Assembly (NCBI GenBank): GCA_030616605.1
Contig: JAUWWY010000002.1
Coordinates: 118,867 to 182,866, forward strand
Length of the DNA: 64,000 nucleotides
From: a bacterium
Lineage (GTDB): Bacteria; Patescibacteriota; Minisyncoccia; Minisyncoccales; CG1-02-41-26
Direction of reading: 5' to 3'
Made by a program: the position numbers and the translations under genes. This document shows positions 19,990-29,718 of this stretch, piece by piece; the first letter of the stretch is position 1; the number at the start of each line of letters is the position of its first letter. The notes under the pieces are model-generated. The model was given only the letters and a program-made list of their open reading frames with translations. It did no database searches and was not told the origin of the DNA.

Positions 19990-20694
19990 TTATATTTTAC
20001 AGATACTTTTCAACCTTTTTAGTTTTTTAATGCTTAAAGAAATAAAGCAAGCTAAAACTATTAAAATTATAAGAGGTAAAATAAATTTTGCCAAACCTTC
20101 TATTTTCATTATAGAAAAATTATAGAGTCCATGTAAAGTGGTAGCTATTCCCAGACCAGCTAAAACTAACCATTTTCTTTTTTTAAAATGGAAAAAAGAT
20201 AAAGCCAAAAAATAGCCAATTGAAGCTGAACAAAGAGCGTGCAAGAAAGTCGCTGAAACAAACCGCCAGGCCATAGTTTCCAAAGCTTTACCAATAGTTA
20301 AAAAAGGATGGAAGCTGCTTAAAACCAAAATATTTTCTAAACTTGCAAAACCAAGCGCAGAAATAATCATGTAAAGTAAAATATCAACAGGTTCATCTAA
20401 TTCAGAGTTTTTATAAACTCCGATTCTGACAGCTAGATATTTTGAATATTCTTCAATTAAAGCTCCTCCCAAAAAGATAGCTAAAATAGAACTTAAAGTT
20501 TTTTGATTTTTTAAAAAAGAAATTAAAAAGTGAAAGCCCTTTTCTAAAAAAATAGCCAGAAAAGCAGCTATTATTCCGAAAAAGAAAATTTTCAAAACCA
20601 TCCTGTTTGGTTCAGGATGAACATCTTTTCTGAGATAAAAAATCAGCCAGATAATACCCGGGAGAAAGCCGAGAAGATAAGGAAGATAACTCAT
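19990..20694 (-). CDS. PrsW-family intramembrane metalloprotease
   Basis: EEYSK, GFASLEN, HA, HGLYN motifs. Confidence 0.9.
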   Translation of the reverse strand: MSYLPYLLGFLPGIIWLIFYLRKDVHPEPNRMVLKIFFFGIIAAFLAIFLEKGFHFLISFLKNQKTLSSILAIFLGGALIEEYSKYLAVRIGVYKNSELDEPVDILLYMIISALGFASLENILVLSSFHPFLTIGKALETMAWRFVSATFLHALCSASIGYFLALSFFHFKKRKWLVLAGLGIATTLHGLYNFSIMKIEGLAKFILPLIILIVLACFISLSIKKLKRLKSICKI

Positions 20695-23213
20695 AGTTTT
20701 GGCCAGGTTTCTACCATTAAGAACCTTTTTTTCCTTTTCAAGGGTAATCTCTGATAAATTTCTTCAGTAATAAATGGCATAAAAGGATGGAGAAGTTTTA
20801 AAGAAGTTAGTAAAACATACAATAAAATCTTTTTGGTATTCTCTTTTTCTTTTTGTGATTTGCTTTTTTCAATATAAATATCACAAAAGTCGTGCCAGAA
20901 AAAGTGGTATAAATTTTGAGCTGCTTGTCCAAATCTAAAATTTTCTAAATCTTTTTCAACTGATTTAATTGTTTCTTCAAGACTCTTTAATATTTTTTTA
21001 TCTGCTTTGGTTAAGTTTTGAACTTTGAACTGTAGCTTTGAGCTTTGAGCTTTGAGCTTTGAATTTGCAGTTTGTTGTAGAACAAACCGCGTAGCATTCC
21101 AAATTTTATTACAAAACTTCTTTCCCATCACAATGTTATTTTCCTCAAATCTAATATCTTGGACTCCTGTTGTCTGCCAAGTTAAACCAAAGCGAGTAGC
21201 ATCGCTCCCATATTTTTCAATCAACTCTAAGGGGTCAATACCTGTGCCAAGCGACTTTGACATTCTCTGTCCAGTTTTTGTCAAAATAGTAGCATGGATG
21301 TAGGCTGTTTTAAAAGGAGCTGTTTTCATAAATTCCAAACCAGAGAAAATCATTCGGGCTATCCAAAGATTTACAATACTGCGATCCGACGAAATAAAGT
21401 GGTTGGGGTAAAATTCTTTAAGACCCCTTGTTTTTTTAGGCCAACCAAGAATTACAAAGGGCCAAAGGGCAGACGAGAACCAGGTATCCAAAACATCTGT
21501 TTCTTGTCTTAATTTTCCTTTATTGCAACTAGGACATTTTTTTAATGCATATTTATCGTCTACAATGGGAAGACATTCACTTTCAAATCTATAAGTATAA
21601 ATCCAAACCAAAGTATCAGTATTCACTTCTTTTTCCGGATGGTGTCGTTTAAAAGCAGTGATTAATTCTTCTAATTTTTTGTATGTTTTCCAGTGTTTTT
21701 TATCTTTAAGGTCAATTTTACCAACAGTTGTTTTTTGGATTTCTGTTATTATTGCTGTTCCGAAAATTTCACCTGTAATACTATTTTCAAAAGCAACTTT
21801 TTCTCCAACCTTTAAGCCATGATTACGCAGTCGGTAAGTCTGAGTTTTATTATCAAAAACTTGCGGTACTACATCTCCAGCAAAACCCATTTTAGAAGTG
21901 GTATTTTTGATTTTTTGTTCTGAATTTTCACAATACCAAATTGGAATCTGATGACCCCACCAAATTTGTCTTGAGATACACCAATCTTTGATGTTTTTTA
22001 ACCAATCAAAATAAATTTTTTCAAAATTTTTTGGATAAATTTTTACCTTTTTCTCTTTAACGGCATTTTTAGCTTTTTCCGCTAATTTTTCCATTTTTAA
22101 AAACCATTGCTTTGAAGGAATAATTTCAACTATTGTATTACAGCGATAACATTTAGGAATAGCCAAATTATGGTTTTTTTCTTTTTCTAAAAGATTAAGT
22201 TTTTTAAGTTTTTTAATTATTTCCTCTCGAGCCTTAAGAGTTTTTAATCCCCTAAAAGAAAGGGGAGCAGCTTTGGAAATTTTTCCTTTTTCATCAATTA
22301 CCTGAACCAAGGGGAGTTTATGATTAATACTGATTTCGTAATCCTTTAAATCATGGGCTGGGGTTACTTTTACAGCCCCTGTCCCAAATTTAGGGTCGAC
22401 CAATTTATCAACAACAATCGGGATTTCTCTATTAACTATTGGTAAGATTATTTTTTGGCCAATCAGATTTTTATATCTTTTATCTTTCGGATTGACTGCT
22501 ACTGCTGTATCACCAAGCATTGTCTCGGGTCTAGTTGTTGCTACCACAAGATAATCAGCTTTGCGCTTTGCGCTTTGCGCTTTGAGTTTATATTTAATGT
22601 ACCAAAGTTTTCCCTTTTTTTCTTCATATTCAAGTTCCAAATCTGATAAGCTGGTTTGACATCTTGAACACCAATTAATCGGTCTTTTTCCCTGATAAAT
22701 CCAACCTTTTTTATAATAGTGCAAAAAAGCTTGCTCCACCGCCTTGACATAATTTCTATCCATAGTAAACCGAGTTCTTGACCAATCACAGCTACATCCA
22801 AGTTTTTTTAATTGGTCTAAGATAATATTGCCGTATTTTTCTTTCCACTGCCAAATTTTTTTGATAAATTTTTCTCTACCTAAATCAAAGCGGGTTTTAT
22901 TTTGTTGTTTAAGTTCTTTCTCAACGACATTTTGAGTAGCAATCCCGGCATGGTCTGTTCCTGGCAGCCAAAGAACTTTTTCACCTTTCATTCTTTTTTT
23001 TCTTACCAAAATATCAACTAAAGTATTTTCCAAAGCATGACCCATATGCAAGCTGCCCGTTATATTAGGTGGGGCAATGGCTACAACAAACTTCTTAATT
23101 TTTTTCTTTTTGGCTGTTGGTAGTTTATCTGGATTGAAAAAACCTGATTTTTCCCAGACACGGTAGATTTTATCTTCCACTTTTTTTGGATTGTAAGTTT
23201 TTGATAATTTCAT
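20691..23213 (-). CDS. valS: Valine--tRNA ligase with an inserted ASCH/PUA-like domain; lacks C-terminal coiled coil
   Basis: PPNITGSLHMGH, WCISRQIWWGH, DVLDTWFSS, RMSKS. Confidence 0.96.
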   Translation of the reverse strand: MKLSKTYNPKKVEDKIYRVWEKSGFFNPDKLPTAKKKKIKKFVVAIAPPNITGSLHMGHALENTLVDILVRKKRMKGEKVLWLPGTDHAGIATQNVVEKELKQQNKTRFDLGREKFIKKIWQWKEKYGNIILDQLKKLGCSCDWSRTRFTMDRNYVKAVEQAFLHYYKKGWIYQGKRPINWCSRCQTSLSDLELEYEEKKGKLWYIKYKLKAQSAKRKADYLVVATTRPETMLGDTAVAVNPKDKRYKNLIGQKIILPIVNREIPIVVDKLVDPKFGTGAVKVTPAHDLKDYEISINHKLPLVQVIDEKGKISKAAPLSFRGLKTLKAREEIIKKLKKLNLLEKEKNHNLAIPKCYRCNTIVEIIPSKQWFLKMEKLAEKAKNAVKEKKVKIYPKNFEKIYFDWLKNIKDWCISRQIWWGHQIPIWYCENSEQKIKNTTSKMGFAGDVVPQVFDNKTQTYRLRNHGLKVGEKVAFENSITGEIFGTAIITEIQKTTVGKIDLKDKKHWKTYKKLEELITAFKRHHPEKEVNTDTLVWIYTYRFESECLPIVDDKYALKKCPSCNKGKLRQETDVLDTWFSSALWPFVILGWPKKTRGLKEFYPNHFISSDRSIVNLWIARMIFSGLEFMKTAPFKTAYIHATILTKTGQRMSKSLGTGIDPLELIEKYGSDATRFGLTWQTTGVQDIRFEENNIVMGKKFCNKIWNATRFVLQQTANSKLKAQSSKLQFKVQNLTKADKKILKSLEETIKSVEKDLENFRFGQAAQNLYHFFWHDFCDIYIEKSKSQKEKENTKKILLYVLLTSLKLLHPFMPFITEEIYQRLPLKRKKRFLMVETWPKL

Positions 23214-23214
23214 T

Positions 23215-24252
23215 TTAAATTCGTAAATTAGCTTCGGCTTTGATTTGTTTCCAAGATTTCTTTTTCTTTCTGTTAAAATAAGCGGCTACTCCAACCATTG
23301 CTGCATTGTCAGTACAGAAATTAGTAAATGGCAAATGGCAAATGGCAAATGGTAATTGTTTTTTTACAGCTTCTTTCATTTGCTTTCGCAATTCATTGTT
23401 TGCAGTAACTCCTCCTCCCAATAGGATGCTTTTTGCTTTGTATTCTTTCGCCGCCTTGATTGTTTTTTTAATTAAAACATCAATAATTGCCTGTTGAATT
23501 TCTTTTGCCATTTCTTTAACATATCCTTTTGAGGTTCTGATTTTCTTACTTCTTTTTTTAAAGTCATACAAAACAGCAGTTTTTAATCCAGAAAAACTAA
23601 AGTCATAATCTTTACTGTTTATCATCGGTCTCGGCAGCTTTAGTTTAAATCTTGAATCTTGAATCTTGAACTTTTTAGCTAAAGCGGCAATAGCTGGGCC
23701 GCCGGGATAGGAAAGGCCTAAAATTCTGGCTGTTTTATCAAAACATTCTCCAGCAGCATCATCTCTTGTTTCACCGATTATCTTGTATTTGCCAATCTTT
23801 TTCATTAAAATCAATTGGCTATGTCCTCCGGAGATAACTAAACAAATTGCTGGAAACTTAATTAGATTGTTCGGTTTTGTAATAAGCCAATTGGCGAGAA
23901 TATGAGCTTCTATGTGATTTGCTGGAATAAGGGGTAATTTCCATTCTTGAGCCAGGGCTTTGGCGAAGTTTATTCCCGTCCACAAACATGGGTCTAATCC
24001 TGGTCCTATTGTGATTGCAATGGCATCAACTTTTTTAAGGAGATTAGCTTCTTTTAATGCTTTTTTTAAAACTGGTTCAAGATTTTTCCGATGTTCTCTT
24101 TTAGCCAGAGACGGATAAACTCCGCCATATTTTTGATGTAATTTTACTTGTGAAGATACAACATTGCTTAGAATTTTAAATTTCTCTTTTTTTACTTCTA
24201 ATATAGCAATACAAGTATCGTCGCAGGAAGTATCAATAGCCAGAATAATCAT
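23215..24252 (-). CDS. tsaD: tRNA N6-threonylcarbamoyladenosine transferase TsaD; start moved to 24252
   Basis: ILAIDTSCDDT, HIEAH, SGGH, DDAAGECFDK, FSFSGLKT, TDNAAM. Confidence 0.95.
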   Translation of the reverse strand: MIILAIDTSCDDTCIAILEVKKEKFKILSNVVSSQVKLHQKYGGVYPSLAKREHRKNLEPVLKKALKEANLLKKVDAIAITIGPGLDPCLWTGINFAKALAQEWKLPLIPANHIEAHILANWLITKPNNLIKFPAICLVISGGHSQLILMKKIGKYKIIGETRDDAAGECFDKTARILGLSYPGGPAIAALAKKFKIQDSRFKLKLPRPMINSKDYDFSFSGLKTAVLYDFKKRSKKIRTSKGYVKEMAKEIQQAIIDVLIKKTIKAAKEYKAKSILLGGGVTANNELRKQMKEAVKKQLPFAICHLPFTNFCTDNAAMVGVAAYFNRKKKKSWKQIKAEANLRI

Positions 24253-24319
24253 GGTTTTATACTTTATGATACCTGAAACATTGATTTTTTTCAATTTTTA
24301 AGATAGGATTTACTAATCA

Positions 24320-24397
24320 GGCCCCGTCGTCTAGCCCGGTTTAGGACGCAGGGTTTTCATCCCTGTAACAGGGGTTCAAATCCCCTCGGGGCCGCCA
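24320..24397 (+). tRNA. tRNA-Glu(UUC)
   Basis: GGCCCCG...CGGGGCCGCCA; anticodon arm CAGGG-TTTTCAT-CCCTG; CCA encoded. Confidence 0.95.
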
Positions 24398-24406
24398 TAA
24401 GAAGAT

Positions 24407-24436
24407 AAAAATACCCAGCTCGGACTGGGTATTTTT
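24407..24436. terminator. Bidirectional terminator
   Basis: AAAATACCCAG...CTGGGTATTTTT. Confidence 0.8.
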
Positions 24437-24461
24437 ATAATAGATTTTAATTTTATCGATT

Positions 24462-25175
24462 TCAGGGTTGGATTCCATCAGAATCACTTTCTTCGGTTGA
24501 AGTAGCTTCTTCTAAGGATTCAAGTTCAACGTATTGGCTTAAAATTTCTTCCAGTTCTTTCTTAGCTTTAAAGCTGTAATAAACTTCATCATTAATAATT
24601 ATAATTGGCAGGTTTTTTTCTAAAAAGTAAATTGATTTTAAGGCTTGGATAGCTGAGAGATCCAAATCAAAATCAAAGGAATAAACTCTTAAAAAAGGAT
24701 ATTTTCCTCTAAGATTAGTTAAAATATAACCCTGGTTTTCGCAATCAGGACAGGTTTTCTTGTCTGAATAAAAGTAAATTATTGAAACAATATCTAAATC
24801 ACACTCTTTTACTGCTTTTTTTAAAAGGAGCCAGTGTTTTATTTCCAAAATTGAATAGTATTTTTTTAACCTTAAAAAATAAGAATTATTTCTGCCTAAA
24901 GTACTGCTGATTGAAGCTAATCTTCTGGAGATTTCATAAAGCTCTTGGGTTAAAGTTGACTCGTTTAAATTTTCACAGGGAGCTTGAGCTAAAATGGAAA
25001 ACTGAGTTTCCAGAGAAAGAATATCAATCCTTAAATCCTCTTGAACAGCTGTTATTTGGAGCATCCTTTTTTCTGCCAAGAAGTTACTTAAAAAAAAGCC
25101 ACTACTGAAAATTATCAAGGTAATTAAAAATATTAAAAAGTGTCTTTTCCAATTAAATTTCTTTTTCTCAGACAT
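24462..25175 (-). CDS. Membrane-anchored hypothetical protein with C-terminal CxxC thioredoxin-like segment
   Basis: N-terminal TM; IIYFYS..CPDC; likely start MSEKK at 25175, just after the GT2 stop. Confidence 0.7.
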   Translation of the reverse strand: MSEKKKFNWKRHFLIFLITLIIFSSGFFLSNFLAEKRMLQITAVQEDLRIDILSLETQFSILAQAPCENLNESTLTQELYEISRRLASISSTLGRNNSYFLRLKKYYSILEIKHWLLLKKAVKECDLDIVSIIYFYSDKKTCPDCENQGYILTNLRGKYPFLRVYSFDFDLDLSAIQALKSIYFLEKNLPIIIINDEVYYSFKAKKELEEILSQYVELESLEEATSTEESDSDGIQP

Positions 25176-25176
25176 A

Positions 25177-26415
25177 TTATTGCCAAGAGATATCTTTTCT
25201 GACGAGAATAAAAAAGAAAGCAGAAATCCACCAAATTGCATTCAAAAAGACATATAACAAAAGATAAAAGACAGTATTTTTTGTTATAGATTTCTTATCA
25301 AAAGTAAGTTTTTTACTAAGAAATATGTAAGTTAAAATAGCAACTAAAGAAAGGAATCCTAAAATAAGAGTTGGTCTTATTAGTCCTAGATTAAATAAAA
25401 TCCAATCAGGCTGAAAAGAAAAAAGATTAAAGTAATCAAGTCCGACCAGTAAAAAATTATTAATTTTTTCTAAAAAGAAAAAACCGATTTTCCAGAAAAT
25501 GTAGCCGACTAAAACTATGGAGATGAAACTAGCGATAACGCTATAATAAAGCAAAAAGGAAAGATTGCCATGTTTTTTAATGTTTAGGAGCTCGAGATAA
25601 TCTTTAAGATTTAAAAGAAGACCTCTTCGCCATCTTAATCTTTGGTGGAAAAGAGACTTGAAAGTTGGGCAAGCTTTGGTGTAAACCAAGGAATCAATAG
25701 CATGGGCAATTTTGAAATTTGCTTTTTGAAGGCGAAAAGCAAATTCCAAATCTTCAGTCTGATGAGCTTTTCGATAAGGACCCAAAATTTTATAGACTTC
25801 CCGCCGGAAAACAGAAAGAGGACCAGGAGTGACATTAAGACTATCCAATATTGAAAAGACTTTTCTCAAGAAAGCAGCTATTAAAAATTCAATATATTGA
25901 ATTCCTTCTATAATGTTTTTTACTTCAGAAATTTTAATTGTTGAAATAACAGCCATTATTTTTTTATCTTCAAAATACTTCATTACTTTTTTCAAAGCTT
26001 TAGAATCTAAATAGGAGTCGCCATCAAGGGAACCAATAAATTGAGCTTTGGTTTTCAATAATCCGTAATTCAAAGCAGTATATTTGCCGCCGTTTTCCTT
26101 TCGGAAAACTCTAACTTGTTTAGTTCTTTTTTCAAAAGCTTTAGCTTTTAAAAAAGTGTCGTCTTTACTTCCGTCATCAACAACAATAATTTCTAATTTT
26201 TCCCTGGGATAGTCTAAATTTAATAAAGAATCAAGAGTTCTTTTTATATTTTTCCCTTCGTTGTAGCAGGGAACAATCAGACAAACCGAAGGAAAATTTT
26301 CTTTTTTTAAGCCCTTGTAAATCTCTTTTCGATTTTCAAAAAAGGTACTCAGGACAAAAATAGAAAAATAAAGTCCAAGAAATATTGCAATATATAAAGT
26401 TTCTATTAATATCAT
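25177..26415 (-). CDS. Processive GT2 glycosyltransferase (IcaA/PgaC/hyaluronan-synthase-like)
   Basis: VPCYNE, VDDGS, GGK..ALN, DGDS, TED, QRLRW; flanking TM helices. Confidence 0.88.
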   Translation of the reverse strand: MILIETLYIAIFLGLYFSIFVLSTFFENRKEIYKGLKKENFPSVCLIVPCYNEGKNIKRTLDSLLNLDYPREKLEIIVVDDGSKDDTFLKAKAFEKRTKQVRVFRKENGGKYTALNYGLLKTKAQFIGSLDGDSYLDSKALKKVMKYFEDKKIMAVISTIKISEVKNIIEGIQYIEFLIAAFLRKVFSILDSLNVTPGPLSVFRREVYKILGPYRKAHQTEDLEFAFRLQKANFKIAHAIDSLVYTKACPTFKSLFHQRLRWRRGLLLNLKDYLELLNIKKHGNLSFLLYYSVIASFISIVLVGYIFWKIGFFFLEKINNFLLVGLDYFNLFSFQPDWILFNLGLIRPTLILGFLSLVAILTYIFLSKKLTFDKKSITKNTVFYLLLYVFLNAIWWISAFFFILVRKDISWQ

Positions 26416-26441
26416 TGTTTTAGTATAAACAATAAAAAAGA

Positions 26442-28622
26442 TTATTCCAAGTGGATTTTCTTTTTAAACCTTTTCAATCTTTCTTTCAAAATAGGATAAT
26501 TTTTTAATCCCGGATTTTCAATTAAAATCTCTTTTGCTGATTCTCTTGTTTTTTCCACAAGCTGAAGGTTTTTTAAATTTTCCATTGCTAAATCCGGAAT
26601 GCCCCATTGTCTCGCTCCAAAAAAGTTTCCCGGGCCTCGAATTTCCAAATCTTTTTGAGCTAATTCAAATCCATCTTTTGCCTTGAGCATTGCTGTCAAT
26701 CTCTGACGAGTTTTTTTAGCTTTTGACTCGGTAAATAAAAAACAGTAAGATTGCAAATCAGATCTTCCGACTCTGCCCCGAAATTGATGTAGTTGAGCCA
26801 GGCCAAATCTTTCGGCACCTTCAATCATCATTACGGTTGCTTGAGGGATATCAATCCCCACCTCAACTACAGAAGTTGAAACTAAAATATCAATTTTTTT
26901 ATTTCGAAAATCTTTCATTATCTTTTCTTTTTCTTTTGTTTTTATTTTACTATGGAGCATTTCAATGGTTAGATTAGGAAAAATTTCTTTTGAAAGTTTT
27001 TTATATTCCTCTTTAACTGCTTTAACATCTGTCCAACTTGATATATTTTTTTTGTCACTTGTCCCTTGCTGCTTGTCTCCCGGTTCTATTCTGGGACAAA
27101 TAACAAAAACCTGCTCACCAGCCTTAACTCTTTTTCTGATAAAATTATAAGCTTCATTTTTTTCTTTTAATGAAACAACTTTAGTAATAACCTTTTTTCT
27201 TCCTTTTGGCATTTCGTCTAAGATTGACAAATCCAAATCACCATAGACTGTCAAAGCTAAACTCCGAGGAATAGGGGTAGCAGTCATTGAAAGAAGATGA
27301 GGGATTTTTAGATTTTTACTGTTGATTCTTGGCTGTTGGATAAGTTTTGTACGCTGTTCTACACCAAAGCGGTGTTGTTCATCAATTATACATAAAGCCA
27401 AATTGCCAAATTTAACTTTATCCTGAATTAAAGAATGAGTGCCAATTAAAATATCAATTTCTCCTTTTCTAATTTTATCTAAAAGTTTATTTCGGGAAAT
27501 TTCTAAAATTTCAGGATTTAACCCTGAGCTTGTCGAATAGGCTAATTTTTGAGAAACAATTTTATCTTCTTTCCCAGTCAAAAGAGCAATTCTTACTTTA
27601 AATGGTTTCAGTAATTTTGGAACTTGTTGAAAATGTTGTTTGGCTAAGATTTCAGTTGGAACCATAAAAGCCACCTGGTAACCAGAAAGAACAGTATTCA
27701 GGCTGGCAATTAAAGCAACTATTGTTTTTCCGGAACCAACATCTCCTTGAAATAATCTTGACATTGGTCTTGGTTTTTCCAAATCTTTTAGAATTTGCCA
27801 ACTGCATTTTTTTTGGGCATCAGTTAATTTAAAGGGCAAAGAATCAACAAACTCTTTTATTAAATCAAGATTTAAAGGAATAGAAGGAGCTTTTTCTTGA
27901 TTTAATTTCAATCTTTCTTTTAAAACCGCTAACTCTATTAAAAACAGCTCCTCAAAGGAAAATCTTTCTTTTGCTTTTTCAGCCAATTTTATTGAATTTG
28001 GAAAATGAATCTGCCAGATTGCCTCTTGAATTGGTAAAAGATTGTATTTTTTGATTACTTTTTCCGGCAAAGATTCTTCAATTTGATTTTTAAATTTTTC
28101 CAAAATTAGTTTTAAAATCCATCTTAACCATTTTGAAGAAAGTCCTTCGGTTTCTGGATAGATAGGAATTATTCTTCCGGTATGGATAAGGTCGGATGTT
28201 GAATAATTAGATGCTAGAGATAGCTTTTCATAACTTGGACTTGATAGATAAATTCCCTCTTTGTCTAAGCTTGCTTTTCCAGCTAAACAAACATTATCTC
28301 CTTTTTTTAAAACCCTTATCAAATAGGGCTGGTTAAACCAAATAACTTTTATTGCTCCATTTTTATCTTCAACTACAGCCTCAGTTATAATTATCTTCTT
28401 TTTCCAGGTTCTTGAATTTTTAATTTCTAAAATTTTTCCTGCAATGCAGTTTGTTTGATTAATTTTTACTTTAGAAATAGGATGAATATTTGAAAAATCC
28501 TCATAGCGGTGAGGATAATGAAAGAGAACGTCTTCTATTGTTTTTATCCCTATCTTTTCTAACTTTTTCTGGAAAACTGGTCCAATCCGTGATATTTTTT
28601 TAACAGAAGTATCAAGCTTCAT
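26442..28622 (-). CDS. recG: ATP-dependent DNA helicase RecG
   Basis: QGDVGSGKT, DEQHRFG, MTATPIPRSL, QLHQFRGRVGR, DLEIRGPG. Confidence 0.97.
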   Translation of the reverse strand: MKLDTSVKKISRIGPVFQKKLEKIGIKTIEDVLFHYPHRYEDFSNIHPISKVKINQTNCIAGKILEIKNSRTWKKKIIITEAVVEDKNGAIKVIWFNQPYLIRVLKKGDNVCLAGKASLDKEGIYLSSPSYEKLSLASNYSTSDLIHTGRIIPIYPETEGLSSKWLRWILKLILEKFKNQIEESLPEKVIKKYNLLPIQEAIWQIHFPNSIKLAEKAKERFSFEELFLIELAVLKERLKLNQEKAPSIPLNLDLIKEFVDSLPFKLTDAQKKCSWQILKDLEKPRPMSRLFQGDVGSGKTIVALIASLNTVLSGYQVAFMVPTEILAKQHFQQVPKLLKPFKVRIALLTGKEDKIVSQKLAYSTSSGLNPEILEISRNKLLDKIRKGEIDILIGTHSLIQDKVKFGNLALCIIDEQHRFGVEQRTKLIQQPRINSKNLKIPHLLSMTATPIPRSLALTVYGDLDLSILDEMPKGRKKVITKVVSLKEKNEAYNFIRKRVKAGEQVFVICPRIEPGDKQQGTSDKKNISSWTDVKAVKEEYKKLSKEIFPNLTIEMLHSKIKTKEKEKIMKDFRNKKIDILVSTSVVEVGIDIPQATVMMIEGAERFGLAQLHQFRGRVGRSDLQSYCFLFTESKAKKTRQRLTAMLKAKDGFELAQKDLEIRGPGNFFGARQWGIPDLAMENLKNLQLVEKTRESAKEILIENPGLKNYPILKERLKRFKKKIHLE

Positions 28623-28710
28623 AAAGATTGCTAAAATTTGACTTTTACCTTAAAATTATTATAGGTGAGACTTAGGTTAAAATCAACATTTTCTTTTTTT
28701 AAATCTTTTG

Positions 28711-28900
28711 TTATAATTACAAGTGAGGGAGAAAACTGAAAAGTTTTACTTTTCGATTTTTCGACCGAACGCAGTAATTAGAAGGTTCTGCCGAAGGCAG
28801 GTTCTTACTTCCGAACAAAGTGAGACAAATTAAATGAGTTTATTCATTTAATTTGCGAACGAGTGAGGAGGCAAGGTTCTGCCGGAGGCAGGTTCTTATA
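28711..28900 (+). repeat. Structured intergenic element, copy 2, with a duplicated AAGGTTCTGCCGrAGGCAGGTTCTTA unit
   Basis: Homologous to 13649-13747 on the minus strand; unit repeated at about 28782 and 28873; internal hairpin CAAATTAAATGA...TCATTTAATTTG. Confidence 0.9.
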
Positions 28901-28942
28901 CTAAAAGAAAGGAATTTAAAGGTCAATCTAAATAAATTAAAT

Positions 28943-29209
28943 ATGTCAAATAATAATCAAGAAGGAAAACTTATTGGTAAAGTTAGTCATTATTTTGACA
29001 AGATTGAGGTAGCAGTAATTGATTTGGATAACTCTCTAACAGCTGGAGATACTATTAGAATTGTTGGGGGAGAGGAGACAGACTTTACTCAAGAGGTGGA
29101 ATCAATGGAGGTTGATCACGAGAAGATTAAAAAAGCAAAAAAAGGAGATTCGGTCGGTCTGAAAGTTAAAGAAAAGGTGAGAGAGGGTTACAAAGTATAC
29201 AAACTGTAA
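28943..29209 (+). CDS. Small EF-Tu domain-II-like beta-barrel protein (peptidase U32 C-terminal-like); start moved to 28943
   Basis: IGKVSHYFDKIEVAVI, GDTIRI, QEVESMEVDH, GDSVGLKV..KVREG.KVYK. Confidence 0.8.
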   Translation: MSNNNQEGKLIGKVSHYFDKIEVAVIDLDNSLTAGDTIRIVGGEETDFTQEVESMEVDHEKIKKAKKGDSVGLKVKEKVREGYKVYKL

Positions 29210-29250
29210 ATCGTAATTTGCGATTGACTATTTACTGTTAGCAATTTTAT

Positions 29251-29718
29251 ATGGTTTTTGATATTTCTCAATTAGAGCCTTTTTTACAGCTTTTATTGGC
29301 TACTTTTTTAGGTAGCTTAATTGGTTTAGAGAGAGAGTACAAAAGGAAGGAAGCTGGTTTAAAAACTTTTTCTCTGGTTTGTTTAGGAGCTTGTTTTTTT
29401 ACTGTTGTCGCCATTTATCTTAGTTCTTCCCAATCCCCGTTGTCTGCTTTTGTTCAAGTTGACCCGATTCGAGTAATCCAGGCCGTAGCTATCGGAATTA
29501 GTTTTATTGGTTCTGGGGTCATTATTTATCATAAGTTTCAGATTGAAGGATTAACTACTGCCGCTGCTCTCTGGTCAACTGCTGCTGTTGGAATAGGAAT
29601 AGGAATAGGATTGTATTTTTTGGCAATTTTGGCTAGCTTACTTACTATCTTAGTTTTAGCAGGATTCAGGCTAATAGAAGAGAAACTAATTCATACGGAT
29701 AAGGAGTATGAGGGATAA
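29251..29718 (+). CDS. MgtC/SapB family membrane protein
   Basis: IGLERE, AGLKT, DPIR, GISFIGSG, GLTTAA. Confidence 0.92.
   Translation: MVFDISQLEPFLQLLLATFLGSLIGLEREYKRKEAGLKTFSLVCLGACFFTVVAIYLSSSQSPLSAFVQVDPIRVIQAVAIGISFIGSGVIIYHKFQIEGLTTAAALWSTAAVGIGIGIGLYFLAILASLLTILVLAGFRLIEEKLIHTDKEYEG

Noticed and set aside
28853-28942. N-terminal extension of the ORF-track call 28853..29209
   Set aside because: It runs through the non-coding repeat element; ATG 28943 fits the domain start.
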